The notes under the pieces were generated by a model. The model saw only the letters and a list, made by a program, of their open reading frames with translations. It was not told where the DNA came from and did no database searches. A stretch of 64,000 nt of DNA from positions 6,250,301-6,314,300 of the forward strand of contig CM082577.2 in the NCBI GenBank assembly GCA_040954595.2, in the 5' to 3' direction. Of the stretch, positions 11,485-24,172 are shown piece by piece. This DNA comes from Balanoglossus misakiensis (Eukaryota > Animalia > Hemichordata). Position numbers and translations under genes: made by a program. How positions within the stretch are numbered: the stretch's first letter is position 1; each line of letters opens with the position of its first letter.

Positions 11485-12774
11485 ATGTCCGAGAGTCTGG
11501 ACACCAGTTTCATGAGTGATACAGTCTGCAACCACTGCGACCTGAAGGAACTCGTTACCACTAGCACACCGACGAAATCCCCAAACCACTTGATGAAGTC
11601 TCCAAACCACTTCCCAAACAATAATATGAACAGTATCGAAGGACCGCCAGTCAGAAAAAAGAAACGAATCATGGCCAAAAACGGCAAGTGTAGACTTTCC
11701 TTCCACACGAAAACTCCGCGCCACAAGAGGTTATTCGCAGCTGATCTGTTCACGACATCGGTGGACATGCCCTGGAGGTATAATTTCATCATGGTGTCCG
11801 CGTGTTACACCATGAGTTGGCTGTTCTTCTCCGTGGTGTACTATCTCATTGCCACCTGGAGGGGGGATTTCCACCACTTGGAGGACGAGGACTGGAAGCC
11901 GTGCTTCAGGAACTTTGAGGGTTTCAGCTCCGCCTTCTTGTACTCCATGGAGACGCAGTCCACCATCGGGTACGGCTTCCGCTCGCCCAACGAGAAGTGC
12001 CAGGAGGCCGTCATCATGGTGGTGGTGCAGGTCATCTGGGCCAATTTCGTCGAAGCCTTCGTCATCAGCAGTTTCCTTGCCAAAATCTCCCGACCCAAAC
12101 TCAGAGCGGGCACGTTGATTTTTAGCGAAAAGGCCATCATCTCAGAACGAGAGGGTCACCTGTGTTTTATCTTGCGCATCGCCGACCTTCGGAGCAGCCC
12201 CATTGTGGAGGGCCACGTCAGGCTGCTCTTGGTCAAGCACCACGTCACCGAAGAGGGAGAGGTCCTGCCACTGAAGATGTTCGATCTGGACATCGGTCAC
12301 AGCATGGGATTGGACCGAATGTTTCTGGTGTGGCCTTTCTCTATAGTGCACAACATAGACGAGAGAAGCCCGCTCTACACCGTCTCCAAGCAGGTGATGG
12401 ACGCCGTCCACTTTGAGATCATCGTCATCTTCGAGGGCATCGTGGAGGCCACGGGCACCACAACGCAGGCTCGCACCTCCTACCTCAGCGACGAAATACT
12501 CTGGGGCCATCGCTTCGAGGAAATCTTGCGTTTCGACAGGGACACAGTGGGCATTGACATGGCGCGTTTCCACAAAACGTACACAGTGCCAACTCCAACG
12601 TGCAGTGCTAAAGATATGTACGAGATGCGCGGATACAAAAGATACAATCCTCAAAATGGCGATGACGATGATGATGAGGAGATACCTGATGTGCCTCATC
12701 TCAGACGCAAAAGTTATGCTGGGGAGCCTATCTCATGGCACACATCAAGGGTACACATGGAATCTAGAATTTGA
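11485..12774 (+). CDS. Inward rectifier potassium channel (Kir/KCNJ family), Kir-a, 429 aa, intronless ORF
   Basis: Motifs DLFTTSVDMPWR, filter ETQSTIGYGFR flanked by the two conserved Cys, EGEVLPL, FEIIVIFEG and SYLSDEILWGHRF; C-terminus ESRI. Confidence 0.97.
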   Translation: MSESLDTSFMSDTVCNHCDLKELVTTSTPTKSPNHLMKSPNHFPNNNMNSIEGPPVRKKKRIMAKNGKCRLSFHTKTPRHKRLFAADLFTTSVDMPWRYNFIMVSACYTMSWLFFSVVYYLIATWRGDFHHLEDEDWKPCFRNFEGFSSAFLYSMETQSTIGYGFRSPNEKCQEAVIMVVVQVIWANFVEAFVISSFLAKISRPKLRAGTLIFSEKAIISEREGHLCFILRIADLRSSPIVEGHVRLLLVKHHVTEEGEVLPLKMFDLDIGHSMGLDRMFLVWPFSIVHNIDERSPLYTVSKQVMDAVHFEIIVIFEGIVEATGTTTQARTSYLSDEILWGHRFEEILRFDRDTVGIDMARFHKTYTVPTPTCSAKDMYEMRGYKRYNPQNGDDDDDEEIPDVPHLRRKSYAGEPISWHTSRVHMESRI

Positions 12775-15020
12775 CAATTTATTAATGATAAGGTGAGTTG
12801 AACCTGATGTTTATCATTTATCCAAACATTACTCAAAGCTTCTCAGCCAATATGGTTGATCTTCCTTAAGGTCCACAGTAAGTATTAAATCTATAAAACA
12901 GTAAACGCATACAATTACATGTCAGACTAACAACTAACATCAAAAATCTAACGTGGATAAAAAAAATAACAGGGAAATACACAACAACACTTATAGCAAC
13001 AAATTAAACCACACAGCACTGAACACTTAACTATATGTAAATTTTCAAGAAAGTACTTACGGTATGGTCAGTTGCATGAGTTGACATAGTTTCTTCATCT
13101 AAAGATGTAAAGAAAACACTATGTCACCATGCTTGATTTTTTTGTAATAGAGCATGAAGATATTTTTACCGTAAAAACCATAGCATGGATGGGGGAGTAC
13201 AAGAAAAGTGCTGATTCAGCACTTTACCATATCCCCAAGTTAGACCCTCTGACTAAAAACAAACACTATAAAAGTATATGTGAAATTTTCCAGGAATAAT
13301 TATAGTATTTCATTATTCAGAGTTTAACTTAGCATTGCCAAACTTTCTGACAATGCAGGATGCTATAATAATATAGCCAAATTCAGTAAAGAAAGGCCAT
13401 ATTTAGTATAATCACACAAAGAATTTGGATTTTTAAGATTTAATAGTTACTCTTTCAATTTGTGATTCCCTGTTTTTATACATATAAAAAAAATTAGAGA
13501 ACAAAGTTTTGCTTATTTTTGATTTAGGTTATTTCAGGTCAAACATCGGTCAATGAATGCTCTGCTATCTGAGCTAGGGCATACTACTTTGTTTTAAAAT
13601 GTTTATTGATACATGTACAATGTATCCCAGAATTTAACCATAGACAGTCTATGATTTAACAAGATGAAGAAAGAATTCTTCATATCTGTCTTAATCTCTA
13701 ATCATGATGGAATAAATCAACTAGACTGCAGCAAAAATGTCTTTTGGAAAGAACAAACTATGAGCACAAGTTGATTCTCAAATGTTGTATAAATGAACAG
13801 GTGATTTTACATGCAGAGAGATCATATGCAAGAGACGGGGAGCAATAAAATATTACATGGGACTGCAAGATAAGGGTAGTGTAGAGAGAATATACTTGAT
13901 TGAGGAATATATGGTGTCATGAGATGTGTTTGTAAACATGATTACATCACTGTAAACAAAAGTGTGACACCAAGTACAAGAGACCACTAGGTGGTTCTAT
14001 CATAGACCCACTAGGGTCTATAGTTCTATTTATACTTCAAAGGGAAATCCCAGCAAGTGGTACTCCAATGATATGCCCAGTCTGATATGCCAACAATGAA
14101 GGAACAAATCTGTAATTCAGTTGGCAATTTTCTGGGCAGTGTTTTAATTATAGAAGCGCCAAACAGCCAAATTTGAACAAACAAAGAATAAGGCAATGCA
14201 ATTTACAGTCGACCAAACCAGGTAGAGTAACAACATTAAAAATTGATGAAGTGTGTCAACACAAGAAAGTTATACCCATGTTTGTCTCATATTGCCTCAC
14301 TTCAGAGACTCCCACACTGCTCGTTTTTCAAAAATTAAAAACTTTTAATACTGGTCAGGGCATAAAATCCCTTGAGAAAAAGACGCATTAAAGGAAATTA
14401 GTTTCAAATTGTCCAATCTTGGTTTACCATTATGCAAGTCGGTCGCTTGTCTGGCATCATGAATTATTAAGTAAGCTTCCTCACAGTAAGCTAATTTATG
14501 CATATTGGATTAGTGGCTGGGACAAAAAACAAACGCCACCCCAGGAATGCTGTAACCTAGCAACTGATGATGTCAATACTTACCTCTCTTTTCTCAGCCA
14601 ATCAAAAGCCTGTCTGCAGTGGCTACTATGTCAGATACCATTTTGGTCTTTTGGCACTGGTCCCATTTTAATTTTAAACTAGTCTGCGCTGGATTTTTTC
14701 TTGTCTGACACACCTGTAGAGATATAGTGAAAAAAAAAACAGAATTTGTTTGGTGATTTCCAGGTAGTTTCCTTAAGAGTTTTAATACTTGCCATTTCCA
14801 GAAGATCAAAATAAATTCTCTGGTCTTGTCATTCGCATTTGAAAATTCAGAAATAAGAAATCAATATTAACAGCCATCAGGTTCCACTTTCTAATGAAAC
14901 AAGTTATGCGTACCACTACAGTCACAGACAACAATGTATAACAATTACAGATTTGAACAAATTACAATATGACCAATATCACTCTCCCTGTAACTTTAAT
15001 CTTGTTTACCTCAGTTATTC

Positions 15021-15055
15021 AACAACAATAACAACAACAACAACAACAACAACAA
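15021..15055. repeat. (AAC)n microsatellite
   Basis: AACAACAATAACAACAAC... read directly. Confidence 0.9.
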
Positions 15056-15929
15056 ACTTATATTTATTTCTTTTTGTTCCACAGGCTGGTGATGCTGTAA
15101 ATATATACATTAGATTGGACCGACCCTATTATTATTATTACTTGTACAGTGTGTGTAAATAGGAATCACTCAAAGTAATTTAGCAATCAAAACCTTCTTT
15201 ATAGCGGCACTTTTATACATTATGGAAGTCTTAATACTGTAAGAAAATGCATCAAAATGAGATGCAACCAAAAAAATTAGGAGAATTTGACAATACATCT
15301 TTTTGGCCGAGGACACACAGAACTGACTGGCAGACAGGAACAAGTATAATCTGGACGCACTTATCAACCAGAAACAGAAGGAAAAAACGATACGTGTCAC
15401 ACCCACCTCAGTCTGAAATAAGCATCTGAACCTACTGCGATTAACAGGAAGATTTAGAAATTCCACTCACCATGAAGCCAGCCCAGGAAGGACAGTTTAG
15501 GACTAAATTATCACACATGCTCACGCGCACACACAATAGGAAGTTGATACATCAACATTGAATCTGCTTTGTACATGGAATGATGCATCTGGACACTGAT
15601 CAGGCTGGGGACATTTGTGTTGTGAGTTCATGAAGTTGGCTGGCGTCAATTCTGCAATGAGAACAAGAAGGAAGAAATCATTTCAGAGGGTACTGCATTG
15701 GAAATGGAGTGGTAAGTACAGCATTTGTTTCCTTCAAATTTAGAACAAAACAAACTAAACATCATCATCACAGCAGTTCAACTGTTAAATGAACACTCAT
15801 CCAAATAGTCATATCCTAACTTTGACACCATGTTTGCAAATTTCTACTATTCTAAACTTCTACTATTGTCATTTTCACGAAATTTCACACAAAGCTCAGT
15901 CCAGTAAATATAAATTCATTGGTCGAATT

Positions 15930-16078
15930 AAATATAGGGGTCACCTCGCTCTATTTTGAGATAAACTGCGTTAAAAATTTTGCCCATTGTTAAAAAATGC
16001 GAGTCAGCAATTTTCTTCTATTATCGACTAAATTCATGGCTCTGTATTTCAAAAACAAGCGCTGTGACCCCTATATTT
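15930..16078. mobile_element. Imperfect inverted repeat, MITE-like remnant
   Basis: AAATATAGGGGTCACCTCGCTCTATTTTGAGATA (15930-15963) is the near reverse complement of TATTTCAAAAACAAGCGCTGTGACCCCTATATTT (16045-16078). Confidence 0.55.
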
Positions 16079-19000
16079 TATTACGCATTCATCAGATTTA
16101 ATTATCAATGAAACAAAGATAAACAGCCCATACAAATTGACTTATTAATCTGCTCATTGAGTGTAAACTTTGTTGAAAGGATAATGGCTAATTAACTTGT
16201 CTGACGTTTGCGGAAGATAATTCACATGATTGATCTGTTATGGAAGATGACATTAACCCAATGCACTTGTATTGATCTGGCGAGTTTGATGACGGTGGAG
16301 GTATACTTCGGGTTGTTTAGTTTTTGCGTCATTCATAACATTACATGCACACAGACTTCTTAACAACTGGTTCACAATCAATACATGTTCATTTAGAAAG
16401 TACACAAAACGATAAAAGCTTTGATGTAATAGCTCAATCAGTTCAAACACTGCACCTTATGGATATATAACCGGCACATTACTCAAACTATTGTCGTTAT
16501 TTTCCCCAAAAAATCCCAGTGAGATTAAATTAATGAAATTAACGCTTTTGATTTCCATACAGATTAAATCATTGCCCAATGTTAGACATCACAGTAGCCA
16601 TTTTTATTCTAAATTAGACACCGACACACATTGATACGATCAACTGAATTTTTTCCTGCCGTCTGGAGATTTTTCTGCAATAGGAAAAAGCCTTTTGTTA
16701 CTTTGTTCTCAATGGCAATTGAAATTGAATTGCGGGTGAAAGGGCAAAATAACATTTACATGGACTTCATTTTGAGGAGTCTGGTTGTAGGATATTCAAT
16801 TGCATTGTGGGTGAAAAAGTAAATAGTTCAATGTTATAAAAGTGCAGAAATCTGAACTATTAGGAGAACTCATAGTACTCATTATGTAGCAAACATTAAT
16901 ATCATCATTCAAAATGCCAAAGGTAAAAATTTGTGTCTGCAGATGATATGAAAGCACTGTAATCTCCTGTGAGGTAAAATCTGAACTTTTATAACTCTGT
17001 CATATCAGAAAACCAATGCTATCTCTGACAATACGCAAATAATTGTACAGTGGTGAGTGATTTCTTAGGTGATTCTTGGTAATAAAACAGTCAGTAATCA
17101 ATGTTGTTGATTTTTGCGATGTAAAGTTTAACAAAGTCTTTAATATGCAAGAAAGTAACAGAATTGACAAAAAGAAAACTGTTATAATGACTGTTGACAT
17201 CAGAAGTAAAACAAGCTAAGCACTGACAAATGCTTAGATAAACTACTATGGTTCAAGTTTTTCAGGATTCTGTAGACACTATTGTGTGCAATGTGGTATT
17301 TATATGTCACAAACAACTGCAATTGCAGTGAATTGCCTCCAGAGTGCAAATATTAAGTTTAACTGATGATTAACATGTGCTTGTTTTCAAAACTGTCACT
17401 GGTTTCATTTAACATATCCTATCCAACCTCCTTAGAACACTATCAAATGCAACCTTGTAATATATTGCAGTATCATTTTGAATCATTCTGTCCCTTTACG
17501 ACCTTCCACTGTGCAAAGCCTTGGTGCTGAAAACTGCACTATAGGCCCTTTGGCCAGCTCAGTGGCAGGCAATTAATAGAACCTCGCTCAGTCATGGGGA
17601 CAACAGGCTTAGTGTCAAGTGAAAACATTTTATTTGCACAGAAATGGTCAGGCAAATTTGCTAAGGTAAACAGCACCCAGTCTGTAACTCTTTTCATTGG
17701 CCGTTTCTGTGTGCTCGCTCAACCTGGACAATGTTCAGTGGCTTGAGGTGATCTCCTTCAACTGCTACCCTTACTGTCAATCCGTCAAAGCTGCAGACAA
17801 CGGAGGTGGTGGATAATTCTCTCTCAACTTCTAGCAAAGCAAAACGCTGCTGTTAATATATACACACTGAATGACCAATCACTCACTGATCCATGCTTGC
17901 TTACATGTGAGTATCTAAAACTTTTTACTTGACTTTTCCCTATGGAGAGAGTGCAGTGCTATGGCCAGAACTTTAGTTTTAACTCTTTCAGCAAAAGACA
18001 GTGGTTCAGTCCTGCTGTATTCATTGGTGTGGTTGGATCCTTACACAGGAAAATGGGGGAGAAAGCATAGAATACCTCAGATTAACGCATGCAAGAACAC
18101 AGCCTAGCTTTTCTTCTAGTGAACATTCAACACAAGCAAGGAAAACACTAGGTTACTGGCACAGATATATTTTCAAATTTAGGCTACCTGAGTACTGTAA
18201 CTTAACCCCACCAGGTACTGGAATTGACACAAATTACAACCGGCAACTATATAAATACGGCATCTGCTGGACTTAAATTTGATATGCCATGGTAACTTTA
18301 TACCCATGTATGCTAGAAAGTTGGAAATTCTGTTCGTAATGTGTATAAAGTGCACCAATTCATTCAACCGTTTTCAAGCCAAGGGGTTTTTAAATCTCCA
18401 GTCTGGTCAGTCGAGTTGAGTCAGTTGATTGTTCTTAAATTGGAAGACTGGCAGGCACAGGAAAGTGCAGCAACTACCTGTAATCTCTGTTCCGTACAAA
18501 TAACTATATGTGCCACGGACACACTACCTAGTAGACATGCATCTGAGATATAACAAGATTTCCTTGGTAACGCGTATTTGACTGGGGGAATGTCAAGGCA
18601 ATCTGATTGTGGCAAACTACTGTTACAGCTCGAATTTCCATCAAGTGCCATTCTGACTAAAATTGCGCAGCGTCCCTCTAAGCCAAAATGACATCCAAGT
18701 TGGTTGCCTGAAGACGTACAATGTGCATCTAAGGTTACAAAGACTGACGGTCTCCCTAGTTACATCCGTCTTGTAACAGGAATGTCAACTGAATTGTACC
18801 GTGCTAAAATATTACTACGCTAACAGGTAGAACGATAAAAGGACAATTTGAAGCAAAAGTGTATATCCTTTTACGTCAACATGAACAATTATTTCTGCAA
18901 TTAACAAATTCTGCACCGGTGGCCTGAAAGAACAACTTAGAATGTGCAATGTGGCACTACCATGTAGACTTTTATAAAAAGTTTGTTTATTCAGGTTCAT

Positions 19001-22000
19001 TAACTTTTGTCTGGTCATTCATGAAGTGCTTGTGAAAAAACCTAGTTAAGGCATATGGTCATGAATGTCTGATTAGTATGCAATATGTGCAACAGGTGGT
19101 TGCCATGGTTTTTCAACTGCAGGCACTGATGTCGAATATTTAGTTAGCATTCAACAGGTGGTTTCATAAAGTAAATCATGATCAAAATTGTAAAATTTTC
19201 AATTTGTATGGTGGCCTTCTGAAGCAGATAGGCAACTCATTCTTTTATCTTATATCGGCTCTGATGTATTGAGATAATGATACTGCCCTCTACAGTCTGA
19301 TCGTGTGTAAAGCAATCAGTATGTGAAAAGTTATCCATAATTTTTATCAACCAGTTCAGTTTGTTTGGCATGGAAGTTGTCACTTCTAGCAGTTTTAAAG
19401 CCTATTATATCCAGATATTTGCATTTCAGTTTTGTTCAACTCCTGATAAAGTGGCCCACAAGGGTATGCTTAGATCGTTTTGTTACGTCGCCTGGAGTAC
19501 CACATTATTTTTCTAAATCTCCCTTTGAACCCTCAAGTTACTGGTTTGCTAACGGTATACTGCAAGTGTTCAGACCAAATCGCAACCAGTGTACAATTGC
19601 CACGGGATAGGTTTTGGACAAAGGAACGAATCTGAAAGACAAATCCTCAACTCTTAAGTATATTTGAAAAGTGCTTTGTTGATATCAACAAGGCCAACCA
19701 AACTGTAAACACCTGGCAAACTGTATATCAATGCAATATCCGTTTATGAGCCTGCGGTACAGAGACTGTTACTGAAGTCTTCTGGTGCAATTTCATTCAT
19801 TCCAATTCAGTGATTTCCAGAAGCACTGACAGTTATCTAAACAATGAAGTAAAATGAAAATTAACATATCATTCATTGCATAGTAAAACTACAACACCTG
19901 AGCTTTTGATATTCATCGAACACAAGATAAAGATTTGATGTTGTTATTAGTACGTGAAATTTATCTTGAAAGGGATAATCAGTAACAGCACCAAAGACAC
20001 TATTGTCTTTTGTCGTTTTACTTTAACATATGCTTGCTTAGAGTCTAGTAAACACTTTCCTTGTTCCCAGTAATCCTGCAAAAATCAACAAACTCAACTC
20101 GCACTTAGGAAATCAATAGGAGTAACTGTTTGAGTAGGAATCCCACAAACAGCACCAGGGCAAAAACAAGTCAATGGCCTTCAACAGGTCATACCCTTCC
20201 TACCTGCTCTTAAAGTGAATATGTTGTACATAAAAAATGAAGTTTGTTATGTATGTGTGTATCAGAGGATCAAGGGCAATAAAAAGATAATATATGGGCA
20301 AGTGTATTCAAACTCTATGACGAGACAAGTTAACTGCGCAAGTACATATTTTGTCTAGTGGGTCGGGGTCATGCATCAACTGACCTTCTCAACACACCAG
20401 TGAGTTAGAACAAGTTACCTTCATGTTCTTTATATATCAAGGCATTTACTTGGAGTCTCCAAGGATTGTAAACTCTCATTAATTTTACAGCCCTATCACA
20501 GCGATTTGCAGCCTATTCTCATTGACACTTTGCTAAGTTGTTGACACATTCCTGATCCATTTATAGTCAAAAGCTCACTTCTACTTTTAATTGAGTTAGC
20601 AAGTACACTCCACTTTTGAAAGCCTTCAGGAGTATCCCCAAGTGACCGTTTGAAATATACCGGTAATGACAGATATAAAACTTTCATTAACTTTCAAACT
20701 TTCTACGGGAGTTGGGCAGTTTCCGCTAAATGATAAATTATTAGCACGGACATTTCTCATATACTCTTCAAGAAAAAACTTACTTCAAGTTGAACACATG
20801 TACTGGTATGGTATTGCTTTCTTTCCAAAATAAAGTCAAGGGAATAAATATAATCATCAAGATATCTTGGTCCCCAATTGTTTGAGAGTTAAGCTTCAAA
20901 ACAATGTATTTGCTATTAATGTATGCACCATTGTAATGCAGGTTATTCTGGCCATCGCAGTGTTCAGATATGCAACTTCAATTGTGGTATATTTGCAGAT
21001 TAGCAATGTCAACCATGGACAGCAGAGTTATACTTATAGTACTGGTAATTTAAACTGTAAATTTCACCGAGAGGTTCGGAGACAATATTTGTGGCCAACA
21101 CCAATTCTTTTGGGACTATGGGTTACATATATATCTCTCCGGCTATTTTCAAAAGACATGCCCTGAGAAGGGGGCAGGGGCAAGCCTGAATACTGAGTGT
21201 CACTGAGAACAACTTTATCGATGGGTGAGGTTGGTGCCAACAAAGACTCACATCTATACTGTCTGCCGTGCCATTAAACAGGGAAGTGGGGTGGTCTTGG
21301 GAGGGGTTAAGTGAACATGATCAAAGAACATTCCCTTTCAAATGATGATTTCCTTTTGGTTTCTTCACCTCCAATTTGACATAATACCTCTGGGGTGATC
21401 TTCAAGTGAAATTGGAACCCAGCCACGCACTCGTACCGATTGGTTTGTCAGTCCAAAAGCTTATACATACACACACAAGAAGAAAAGGTGTATCCATAAT
21501 AAATCATGACAGTCTTTCCTACTGAAAAATCTCAGTGAAACGTTGGTCCCGGTATTTGCTAAAAGTTGTTTGTGGCACCATCGTTATTGACAAAGGCCTA
21601 CATTATTTGTAAGGGTTACGGAGAGTTACGCATTCATGAAAGTCAGCGACAAAATTCTTTCGTTGAAAGTGCATTTTACCCGGGTCACGGTATCAATGGG
21701 ATACTTCATAAACATTGCATGCACCATACCTGCTCGGATGGGAGCTTTCTGTTAAGTATACCAACTATGCATACTTGTCGCTGCAAAGTCGTCGGTCACA
21801 TTGTTTGATAAAGTTTGTTTAAATGCATGAAGTGTCATTGATAATGATATATTCATATACAATGTAATGATTTCACCATCCTCATCAGCAGGATATCTAC
21901 TTGAATTTGAAAATGACTAAATTCCTGAAAACTTACCATTTTATATTTATTTGATCAGGCACCTTAAACATTAGAAAATTGGATCTGCTGTTTGGACTAG

Positions 22001-22723
22001 CAGGTGTTGTTACATATGGCACACAGACTGTTTAGTTGGCAGGCAGCAGTCATGGTTGACTGCTACCATATGTAATGAGCGAGGTCTGACCGCAGTCAGT
22101 GTATTCACCTATTGACAAGTTTTTACTGTAAACTATCTGAAGAAGGCCGTCCTGAACTTCAGGATTCAATGCACTGCATTTAAATTACTCTAGTAACAGA
22201 TGTCACGGTTATAACTTAAACACATGAATCGGACACTTTAAATGCAGGTGTGCTGGCTTGGACTGCAATGTTGATGTTACGTACAGGGCACCCAGTCGAA
22301 AACTTTCAGACATTGCAGACGCATTCCTTTGTACTTTTCTGTGTGGGACGTACGTTCCATTGATATGCACATTGACTCTGTATAAAAACAAAGTTGGTTC
22401 TTGGGGAAGTTGGGTCTTGCAGAGATTCCAAGGGTAACCAGAGAACATTCTGGTTGTGGGAATGTGCGGAGACGTTTTCACTGTGAGTGTGATCATCCAC
22501 GTGATATCAAAAGCTATTGCTCAAAAGAGAATTAAATCCAGTTCTATTAACTTTTACCATTGCTTTCATATGCTAATTCCATCTGAACCCCTATTCTTTG
22601 TTGGTAGGACATTAAGTTACGACAGTGTGTATTGAACCAACCAACTTCAAGAACTTGTAATCCGTTAGGAGACTTAACCAAGGTTAGAAGCCCGAGTCTG
22701 ATCTGCGGTTGACCACTGCCAAG

Positions 22724-24016
22724 ATGTTGCGTTACAACAGGGCAGACAGTCGGCTGGGGAAGAGCAGTGAATTCCTGATTCAAATGGTGGACCCGACGAC
22801 GGGGAAGAAGAAAATGCGAAGAAGGTTGTTCGAGAAGGGGAGTGGACGCTGCACTCTGATGCACAACTACCAGAACTCGCACAATTTCCGGTTCCTCAGC
22901 GACATTTTCACGACCTTGGTGGACATCAAGTGGCGCTACAACTTGACCGTCTTCACCCTGGCCTACCTGGTCACCTGGGTGATCTTCGGGGTGCTGTGGT
23001 GGCTGATCGCGCTGGAGCACGGCGACCTGTCGCAGGAGAACATCGACAACGCCGACTGGCAGCCCTGCGTCAGCAACGTCCACAGCTTCGTCACGGCGTT
23101 CCTCTTCTCCCTGGAGACGCAGACCACCATCGGGTACGGCTTCCGCTCCATCACCGAGAGGTGCTGGGCCGGCATCCTGGTGGTGGTGGTGCAGTCCGTC
23201 TTCAGCTGCATGATCGACGCCGTCATGATCGGCTGCGTCTTCGCCAAGATCGCCAAGCCCAAGCGGCGGGCGGAGACGCTGGTGTTCAGCAAGCACGCCG
23301 TGATCGGCATGCGGGACCGCCGCCTCTGCCTGATGATCCAGCTGGCGGACATGCGCCACAGCCACCTGTTTGAAGCGCACATACGGGCAAAACTCATAAA
23401 GCACAGAACGACAGAAGAAGGCGAGCTGGTGCGACTGTATCAGTACGACTTGAATATGGGCTACGACCAGGGACTGGATCGCATCTTCCTTGTCTGGCCG
23501 TTAGTACTTGAACACGTCATTGACCAAAACAGTCCACTGTATGACATGTCGGCGGCTGATTTAAAGGAAGCCGATTTTGAAATAATAATCATTTTGGAAG
23601 GCATCGTAGCGTCGACTGGGATGACCACACAGAAACTGACCTCATACCTGCCAGATGAAATAAAGTGGGGTTTTCGATACAGCGATAAAATTATTGGCCT
23701 ACAGGGGGAGACCTTCGCTGCTTATTACAGTCACTTGAACAATACCGAGCCTGTACCGACACCATCTCAAAGTATGAAGGAGATTGACGCCAAGAGAGAG
23801 GAGGAGAGAAATGTCAACGCAAACGATGTACACCACACCAAGGATGGCAAACTACATAGTAAATTACTTAGTAACAGTAAAGCGCCACACCAAACGCCTA
23901 CCACTTTTTCCAAGCAGAACCACACTCCCAAAAAGAACGGCTCTCACACTGTCTTGCACGATGAGATTGACACGGAAGAAACGGACCTGGATGCAACGGA
24001 AACAAAGAAAGACTAG
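22724..24016 (+). CDS. Inward rectifier potassium channel (Kir/KCNJ family), Kir-b, 430 aa, intronless ORF
   Basis: First ATG in GCCAAGATG context (the ORF track starts at an upstream TTG, 22709). Motifs [32 protein letters not shown] and SYLPDEIKWG. Confidence 0.97.
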   Translation: MLRYNRADSRLGKSSEFLIQMVDPTTGKKKMRRRLFEKGSGRCTLMHNYQNSHNFRFLSDIFTTLVDIKWRYNLTVFTLAYLVTWVIFGVLWWLIALEHGDLSQENIDNADWQPCVSNVHSFVTAFLFSLETQTTIGYGFRSITERCWAGILVVVVQSVFSCMIDAVMIGCVFAKIAKPKRRAETLVFSKHAVIGMRDRRLCLMIQLADMRHSHLFEAHIRAKLIKHRTTEEGELVRLYQYDLNMGYDQGLDRIFLVWPLVLEHVIDQNSPLYDMSAADLKEADFEIIIILEGIVASTGMTTQKLTSYLPDEIKWGFRYSDKIIGLQGETFAAYYSHLNNTEPVPTPSQSMKEIDAKREEERNVNANDVHHTKDGKLHSKLLSNSKAPHQTPTTFSKQNHTPKKNGSHTVLHDEIDTEETDLDATETKKD

Positions 24017-24172
24017 AGACCTTGAAAAGCTTCACCATTACACAAAGTAAGTTTTGCAGATTTCTTCCCTTTCCCCTTCTGCAGATGACACCAATCAAAA
24101 GGTATCATATTTATAAAAGTTAAGAAACCTCTTTCAAGTTGCCGATGCAAGAGAGAACAGCGAGAGGAAGTC

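Noticed and set aside
12142-12699. 185-aa antisense ORF over Kir-a, and similar alternative-frame ORFs over Kir-c and Kir-d
   Set aside because: Codon-bias shadows of the Kir reading frames.
14002-14021. Small palindrome ATAGACCC-ACTA-GGGTCTAT
   Set aside because: Only an 8-bp stem; may be a repeat-end remnant but cannot be supported alone.
22547-23404. 285-aa antisense ORF (and overlapping 147/144-aa ORFs) over Kir-b
   Set aside because: Expected shadow of the 100% GC3 tract, which removes stops from other frames; no recognisable protein motif.
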